Shown one piece after another: positions 57,245 to 64,000 of a stretch of 64,000 bases of DNA. Source of the DNA: an uncultured bacterium (GTDB lineage: Bacteria > Verrucomicrobiota > Verrucomicrobiia > Limisphaerales > UBA8199). A program made the position numbers and the translations under genes. Under the pieces are notes generated by a model. That model had not been told where the DNA came from. It did no database searches and saw nothing but the letters and a program-made list of their open reading frames with translations. Location: positions 480,001-544,000 of the forward strand of contig CAVVMW010000010.1 of the NCBI GenBank assembly GCA_963749495.1, read 5' to 3'. How positions within the stretch are numbered: the first letter of the stretch is position 1; every line of letters begins with the position of its first letter.

Positions 57245-58043
57245 TCGCAGCCCATAAGGCTGCCAGTCCAGCCGGTGGAAGTCCGGCGATGGTAACTGAC
57301 GATGAACCATACAGTGATAACCGACACGGGAAGGGGCGACCCGACCCGCGAAAGCTCGGTCGTAAAAGTCCTGGCCGGAGCAGGGCGAGCAACACCTCCA
57401 GGCCGTAGCATAAAGCGAAAGCTGCAGCTTCGTTACGCTACCCACGGGTTCCGGATTCGTGGGATTTGTGACTGCCGAACCGGTGCGAAAACGGCGAAGG
57501 CACAACCAACGATGAAGGCATCGTCGCAGGCAATCGTTGGAGTCACCGGAGTACGGGCGGCGGCATGGGGTGAAAGGACTGGCAGAGTAAATTGGGGACC
57601 CTCTGGGGCTGGCGGGTTGGTCCCGCAGCCTGGCGGAATAATGCATAAGCCGCTGGGTGGCCAACAGAGGCGCACATGTGGCCATAGTAAGCGACGAGCC
57701 GACCGGACAGCACAACCGGTTGGGGAGCCAAGGGCCACTGGACCCGCGGTCGTGGTCAGAGGTTCTCGGTGCCGCTTGGACGCAAGTCCGACTACGGAAC
57801 AAACGCCGGGGACGGAGATACCGACAGTGACGGCCTATAAGCGGGCGGTAGCATACCCGCGAAGGTGGCCGTGGCGTCAGGCGGGTTTGAAGCCGGTACT
57901 GGGGAAAACCCACCGTACGGAATTTTAGAGGGGGCAGAGGAAACGAAGTGGATGGCTTGATGACCGTTTGCCACGATGCCCGAAAGGGCCGATACATTGG
58001 AAGTCATTGGCCTAATCATGTTCGCGCCTCTGCTCTACTCGAT
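57245..58043 (+). ncRNA. ORF-less group II intron-like RNA, copy 1 (799 bp)
   Basis: Domain V-like AAGCCG..TACTGGGGAAAACCCACCGTACGG; domain VI GAG-GGGGCAGAGG/CCTCTGCTCT-A-CTC with bulged A at -7; 3' end AT; no RT ORF. Confidence 0.85.
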
Positions 58044-58841
58044 TCGCAGCCCATAAGGCTGCCAGTCCAGCCGGTGGAAGTCCGGCGATGGTAACTGACG
58101 ATGAACCATACAGTGATAACCGACGCGGGAAGGGGCGACCCGACCCGCGAAAGCTCGGTCGTAAAAGTCCTGGCCGGAGCAGGGCGAGCAACACCTCCAG
58201 GCCGTAGCATAAAGCGAAAGCTGCAGCTTCGTTACGCTACCCACGGGTTCCGGATTCGTGGGATTTGTGACTGCCGAACCGGTGCGAAAACGGCGAAGGC
58301 ACAACCAACGATGAAGGCATCGTCGCAGGCAATCGTTGGAGTCACCGGAGTACGGGCGGCGGCATGGGGTGAAAGGACTGGCAGAGTAAATTGGGGACCC
58401 TCTGGGGCTGGCGGGTTGGTCCCGCAGCCTGGCGGAATAATGCATAAGCCGCTGGGTGGCCAACAGAGGCGCACATGTGGCCATAGTAAGCGACGAGCCG
58501 ACCGGACAGCATAACCGGTTGGGGAGCCAAGGGCCACTGGACCCGCGGTCGTGGTCAGAGGTTCTCGGTGCCGCTTGGACGCAAGTCCGACTACGGAACA
58601 AACGCCGGGGACGGAGATACCGACAGTGACGGCCTATAAGCGGGCGGTAGCACGCCCGCGAAGGTGGCCGTGGCGTCAGGCGGGTTTGAAGCCGTACTGG
58701 GGAAAACCCACCGTACGGAATTTTAGAGGGGGCAGAGGAAACGAAGTGGATGGCTTGATGACCGTTTGCCACGATGCCCGAAAGGGCCGATACATTGGAA
58801 GTCATTGGCCTAATCATGTTCGCGCCTCTGCTCTACTCGAT
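58044..58841 (+). ncRNA. ORF-less group II intron-like RNA, copy 2 (798 bp)
   Basis: Near-identical to copy 1 and directly abutting it; DV at ~58689-58723. Confidence 0.85.
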
Positions 58842-58850
58842 GTATTCCGC

Positions 58851-59537
58851 TCGCAGCCCATAAGGCTGCCAGTCCAGCCGGTGGAAGTCCGGCGATGGTA
58901 ACTGACGATGAACCATACAGTGATAACCGACGCGGGAAGGGGCGACCCGACCCGCGAAAGCTCGGTCGTAAAAGTCCTGGCCGGAGCAGGGCGAGCAACA
59001 CCTCCAGGCCGTAGCATAAAGCGAAAGCTGCAGCTTCGTTACGTTACCCACGGGTTCCGGATTCGTGGGATTTGTGACTGCCGAACCGGTGCGAAAACGG
59101 CGAAGGCACAACCAACGATGAAGGCATCGTCGCAGGCAATCGTTGGAGTCACCGGAGTACGGGCGGCGGCATGGGGTGAAAGGACTGGCAGAGTAAATTG
59201 GGGACCCTCTGGGGCTGGCGGGTTGGCCCCGCAGCCTGGCGGAATAATGCATAAGCCGCTGGGTGGCCAACAGAGGCGCACATGTGGCCATAGTAAGCGA
59301 CGAGCCGACCGGACAGCACAACCGGTTGGGGAGCCAAGGGCCACTGGACCCGCGGTCGTGGTCAGAAGTTCTCGGTGCCGCTTGGACGCAAGTCCGACTA
59401 CGGAACAACCGCCGGGGACGGAGATACCGACGGTGACGGCCTATAAGCGGGCGGTAGCACGCCCGCGAAGGTGGCCGTGGCGTCAGGCGGGTTTGAAGCC
59501 GGTACCTGGGGAAAACCCACGGTACGGAATTTTAGAG
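58851..59537 (+). ncRNA. ORF-less group II intron-like RNA, copy 3, truncated after domain V by an IS
   Basis: Homology to copies 1 and 2 ends at TTTTAGAG where the IS left IR begins. Confidence 0.82.
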
Positions 59538-61565
59538 CTGACATTTTGGCGATAATTTGCGTAAGGTTTTGCCGCTGTAGTTGGTGGTTTTGCGCTAGAT
59601 TCGCTTGGTTTTGTCTTTGGGAGGCGCCTAAATCTCAGTTGGCCGATTCTCCGGGGTGAGGTTGGGGATGACCCTCTGGGCCGAATGGCGCCTACACAAG
59701 CCCTAGAACCTTTTTGCTGAGTTGCTTGCGGCGCTTTGGATTGGGGAGAGAGGTGAAGAGCTCCTCCCGGCTGAGGCGTTGCATCTGGCGGAGAGTTTCC
59801 TGGAGAGTGCGCCAATTAGCAATCGCCTGCTTAAGCCACTCATACTGCTCCTTGGACAAAGCGACGCAAATGGTCTTGGCTTTGACTTTGCGGGTCCACG
59901 CATAGCAGGCGCTCCCAGCTCCTAGTCTCCGAGCTTGAACATAGCCTTCGCTAATCCACCCGGCGTTGGCCAGTCGAACTCGAAGCCGGGCGTATTCCTT
60001 TTGGCGGGCGGAGGCTGACGAGATGTTTTGTGTTTGCATGAATAAAAAGAGTAGCAGGCGTGTCAATATTTAGGTATATATACCTTAATATGCAGGCAAA
60101 AACCAAAGCTTCCGCTTCCAAACCCCAAACCCAGAGGGGCGACCGCCAGCCCCGTTCCTATACCCCCTTGTCCGATGCCCTCAGTCAACCCTTGACCTTC
60201 GTCGACACCGAACTGGCCGAGGGCATTCAGCGTCACTCCCTGGTCGGGTTGCTGGCCGCAGCCATGAGCCGCAAGCGCCGCTCCGATGGAGAGCCCCTGG
60301 TCAATGTGCTTTGTGCCCTGTTGGTGTGGCCGCTCTTGAAAGTCAAATCGCTCCACTGCTTTTGCGCCGAACTGTGCCAGATCCTGGCCGGCCACGTCAG
60401 CGTGCTCTACGATTTGCTGGGCCGGGAGGACATCAACTGGCGCGGTTTGTCCAGCGAACTGGCCTGGCGGGTCCATCAAGACAACGAACTGGGTCCACGC
60501 TCCCAGCGCGCCTTTGTGGTCGATGACACCAGCCAGGCCCGTGCGGGCCGCAAGGTCGAAGGCACCAGTTGCTACTACGACCATACCCAGGGCCGCAACC
60601 GGAAGGGACACCAAGTGCTGCAACTGGGGCTGGCCGGAGAAAAGGGATTCCTGCCGGTGGAGGCCCAGATCGTCATGGGGGAAAAGTGTGCCGTTGATAA
60701 GCCCAAGGACAAACCCTTCCACGACCAGCGCAGTTCGGCCGCGCGGGATCTGCGCCGGGCCAAGACGCAAACCAAACACCAACTGTTCCGGGACATGCTC
60801 CAGCGCGCTCTGCGGGCCGGCTTTAGCGCCTGGTATGTCTTGAGCGACGCGTGGTTCGGGTGCAAGGAGAACATTCTCTGCTGCCTGGAGAACAAGCTGG
60901 TCGGCATCTTTCAAATGAAGCGCGGCAATTTGGCGTATGAGTACCCGAGGCCGCAGCTACACCGCCAGCCAGTTGTATACGCTGGTCCAGCGACGGATGC
61001 GGCCCAGCAATCACCGGGCCCGATATAAGACGGCCAGCCTTGTCGTGAGCCTCAACCTGGCGACGGAGCCCAGCCAACCCGCCCATTGGGTCGAGGTGCG
61101 CCTGGTCTTCAGCGCTCCGGTTCGCGCACGCTCCGCCGACACCTGGGTCGTCTTTCTCTGCACGGACGTGACGCTGAGCGACGCCAAAATCCTGGAAGTC
61201 TACGCGCTCCGTTGGTCGATCGAGGTTTACTTTAAGGAGATCAAACAGAACCTCGGTTTCTTGAAGGAACAGAGCGGACGTTATCAGTTGGCTTACGCCT
61301 CCGTGCATCTGGCCGCCTTGCGTTATCTGCTCCTCTTTGAGGCGATGCTCCGCAGTGGGCAGTTGAGCTACGGGCAAATTCGGGATCGGGAAAGCGGGCG
61401 CTTGCAGACCCTCACTTACGCCGCCTTGCTCTGGCACCTGTTTCGCGCACTCATTGAAGGAGCGCTCGAAGGGCTGGTAAGAGATTTGGGCCGGAAGGTT
61501 GTTCGAAGGGTCTTAACCACAATTGACCAGACCGTGGAGGCATTTCTCAATGACGCCTTACAAAT
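59538..61565 (+). mobile_element. Second IS4-superfamily copy, right end deleted
   Basis: Same left IR; near-identical to 41734 copy until GCCTTACAAAT; no right IR or TSD. Confidence 0.92.
59692..60039 (-). CDS. IS accessory protein (DUF6788-like), copy 2
   Basis: Same translation as 41887-42234. Confidence 0.65.
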   Translation of the reverse strand: MQTQNISSASARQKEYARLRVRLANAGWISEGYVQARRLGAGSACYAWTRKVKAKTICVALSKEQYEWLKQAIANWRTLQETLRQMQRLSREELFTSLPNPKRRKQLSKKVLGLV

Positions 61566-61569
61566 CTGA
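60090..61569 (+). pseudogene. IS4-superfamily transposase, frameshifted (~60945) and 3'-truncated
   Basis: GAGTACCCGAGG vs GAGTACCGAGG in the intact copy; last ~20 codons missing. Confidence 0.88.
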
Positions 61570-62741
61570 TGGAGAAAACGTATGCAAAAGTCATTCGCAG
61601 TCGTAGTCGGCAGCATCCTGGTTGCTTTCAACGCGGCAGCCAGCTCCCCTATTCCTCTCGGTCGCATCGCCTTTTCGACCACCGGAAATCCCTACCAGAT
61701 CCAGATCGTGGATACCTCCAGCGGGACCATCTCAATTGTTCCGCTCCCGGGCGCGATTCCGCTCCTTTCCAGACCAAGCTGGACGCCCGACGACCAGTGG
61801 ATTGTTTTTGCTGGTGGCCCAGGGGGCAACAGCCAGGTTTACACTGTGCGGCCGGATGGGACTGGGCTTCGACGCATCACGGACGGCAGCGGGGACCTCG
61901 TGGAGCCTGCAATATCCCCAGATGGAAGCCGGATTGCCTACCACCAGGTTTATGGGGATGCGCACGTGATAAACCTCGATGGCACAAGCCAAAGGGACCT
62001 CGGCTTTCTATTGGGGGATCTGTCCTGGTCGCCGGACGGGGGTTATTTGGTGGGCTCAGACTGGGCAGAGGGCGGGGGGTACAACAGTGATCTCTGGATC
62101 TACAGCTTCGCCACCGGGCTCAGGACGAAGATCACGAATCGGCCCGACGGCACGGCGTTTACCTGGCCCGCTTGGTCCCCCGACGGCGCCCACATCGCGG
62201 CTTCCTTTCTTACAAATAATCAGTGGGACATTGTGGTAATGAACGCCGACGGCTCTGGCATTGCGAACCTGACGGGGGATTGGCCCTCGGATGAATACAC
62301 TCCATCATGGACCCCGGACGGGCAGTTTGTTCTGTTTGCATCGACACACGGGGGCGATCAAGACATTTGGGCCATGAAACCAGACGGCACCGGTCGGACA
62401 AACCTGACCCCGGCTGCGACTCAGCCGGAGTCCTGCCCCGCAATGGCCAGGTTGGTCAACCTGAACGCCGGGCTGGTGGCTTACTATCCCTTCAACGGAA
62501 ACGCAAACGACGTTGTGGGGACAAACAATGGCATCGTCTATGGAGGGGTTACCCCGACGCAGGATCGCTTTGGCAACCCAAGTAGCGCCTGTCATTTTGA
62601 TGGTGCCACCGGATACATTTGGATCGGGACAGGTTTGCGTCCTAGCAATATCACCGCATGCGTCTGGTTCAGGACGACCCCAGACATTAACGGTCTCCCG
62701 CCCCCCAACGGCACAGAAATGATCATTCGCGACCGCCTGTA

Positions 62742-63829
62742 CTACTCCGTCATTGGGATTGACTACAGACTTCTAGTGTGCTAAGCTTCCGGCGCAATGA
62801 AAATCGATGGCCGGACATTGGACCACAAGACCCTTGAGCATTTGCGAATCAGCGCCTGCAAGCGGGTGCTAGAGGATGGGGAGGTGCCTTCCGTGGTGGC
62901 GGCTTCCCTGGGCTTTTGCCGCACTAGCATCTATCCGTGGCTCCGACGTGTGTGGGACGAGGGATGGGAAGCCTTGGCCGAGAAGATCGCTGAGGGCCCG
63001 GATCCGAAGCTCAGCGAGGAGCAACGCCAGAGAGTCAAGCGGTGGATCGTCGGCAAGGACCCCCGCCAGTACGGCTTTGATTTTGGTCTGTGGACCCGCC
63101 GCATCGTCCAAACGATGATTCAGAAGAAATTCAAGGTCGAACTGTGCCTCACATCGGCGGGTAAGTTGTTGGCGCAGTTAGACTTGACACCGCACAAGCC
63201 CTTGCGGCGGGCTTATGAACGGGACCCGGTGCGGATCGAACTATGGACGAAGGAGGAATTCCCGAAACTTAAGAAACGAGCCCGTAAACACGGGGCGAAG
63301 ATCTACTTTCTTGATGAGACGGGATTTACTTCGGAACCCAACCTGCGGCGGACCTATGGGTTGAAGGGCGGCAGAGCGGTGGTCGAGACCAGTGGCCAAC
63401 GGCAAAAGGTCAATGTGATCAGCGCCGTGAGTATGCAGGGTGCCTTTTGGTGCCAGGTCTACACTCACACGCTGAAGCAAGGGGACTTTATCACGCTCCT
63501 GAAGGACTTTATGCGTGGCCAACGAGCAAAGGTATTCCTGGTGCTGGATAGCCATCCGGCTCACATAGCCAATTCGGTCAAAGAGTATCTCCGGAGCACT
63601 AAAGGGCGGCTTGAGCTACATTTTCTGCCCCCTTACGCGCCCGATCTTAATCCCGATGAGTTCGTCTGGAACTACTTGAAGGGCAACGGCGTAGCCAAGA
63701 AGCCGCTCCTCCGGAACGAATCGCTCAAGGAGCGAGTGGAGGCCGATCTAGCCAAGCTCAAGAAAGACCGGGGGTTGCTGTGCTCTTTTTTTAAGGCCGA
63801 AAGTGTAGTCTATGTCAATGACTGAGTAG
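62742..63829 (+). mobile_element. IS630-family insertion sequence
   Basis: TA duplication 62740-41/63830-31; imperfect IRs CTACTCCGTCATTG / CAATGACTGAGTAG. Confidence 0.92.
62797..63825 (+). CDS. IS630 transposase
   Basis: YFLDETG, LVLDSHPAH, LPPYAPDLNPDEFVW. Confidence 0.94.
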   Translation: MKIDGRTLDHKTLEHLRISACKRVLEDGEVPSVVAASLGFCRTSIYPWLRRVWDEGWEALAEKIAEGPDPKLSEEQRQRVKRWIVGKDPRQYGFDFGLWTRRIVQTMIQKKFKVELCLTSAGKLLAQLDLTPHKPLRRAYERDPVRIELWTKEEFPKLKKRARKHGAKIYFLDETGFTSEPNLRRTYGLKGGRAVVETSGQRQKVNVISAVSMQGAFWCQVYTHTLKQGDFITLLKDFMRGQRAKVFLVLDSHPAHIANSVKEYLRSTKGRLELHFLPPYAPDLNPDEFVWNYLKGNGVAKKPLLRNESLKERVEADLAKLKKDRGLLCSFFKAESVVYVND

Positions 63830-64000
63830 TATGCCTGGGGGATTACTATGGATCTTCCCTGGGTGACAGGCGTACCCACCGGAGGCATCGAAGTTTACCC
63901 CTTCTACACAACAGCTACACCACCGGGAGTTGAGCCGTTCCTGGTGGCGACGCCGGAGCGAGATTATAGAGATGGAAACTGGCACTTCGCAGCGGTGACC

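Larger units (their letters stand above)
61582..64000 (+). pseudogene. Secreted TolB/PD40 beta-propeller + LamG protein interrupted by IS630
   Basis: Repeated PxWSPDG motifs; GLVAYYPFNGNAND; frame resumes after the IS with DGNWHFAAVT. Confidence 0.85.

Noticed and set aside
57245..59537. CRISPR array or rRNA/tRNA repeat
   Set aside because: Units are ~800 bp without unique spacers; no cas genes; DV/DVI signatures fit a group II intron.
57118..59555. ORFs of 100-280 aa across the triple repeat
   Set aside because: No RT motifs or recognisable domains, and frames are not conserved between copies; they are by-products of structured GC-rich RNA.

Overview
GC-rich bacterial window, probably Verrucomicrobiota-like (inferred from REP style and gene content). 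Most of it is a decaying stress/carbon-storage accessory island. It carries a CHASE3 hybrid kinase, a REC-kinase and an NtrC-family activator, plus VIT1, an HpnP-like methylase, TA modules, xfp, ackA, glgP, cls, elaB/yqjE/yqjK, hsp20, a NarL-type two-component system, a ~10 kb Cys-rich repeat surface protein gene and a cyclic beta-1,2-glucan synthase. Eight sigma54 promoters, each with a pair of TGCA-N3-TGCA-type enhancer sites, appear to tie the island into one regulon. Many genes are collapsed by internal deletions (N-ATPase atpD::atpG, mgtA, glgB, a receiver domain). The most striking feature is a head-to-tail array of three ~800-bp ORF-less group II intron-like RNAs (57245-59537) with a non-canonical 5' end, inserted into a short tandem repeat. 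Two IS4-like elements and one IS630 are present. Several single-base frameshifts may be sequencing errors.
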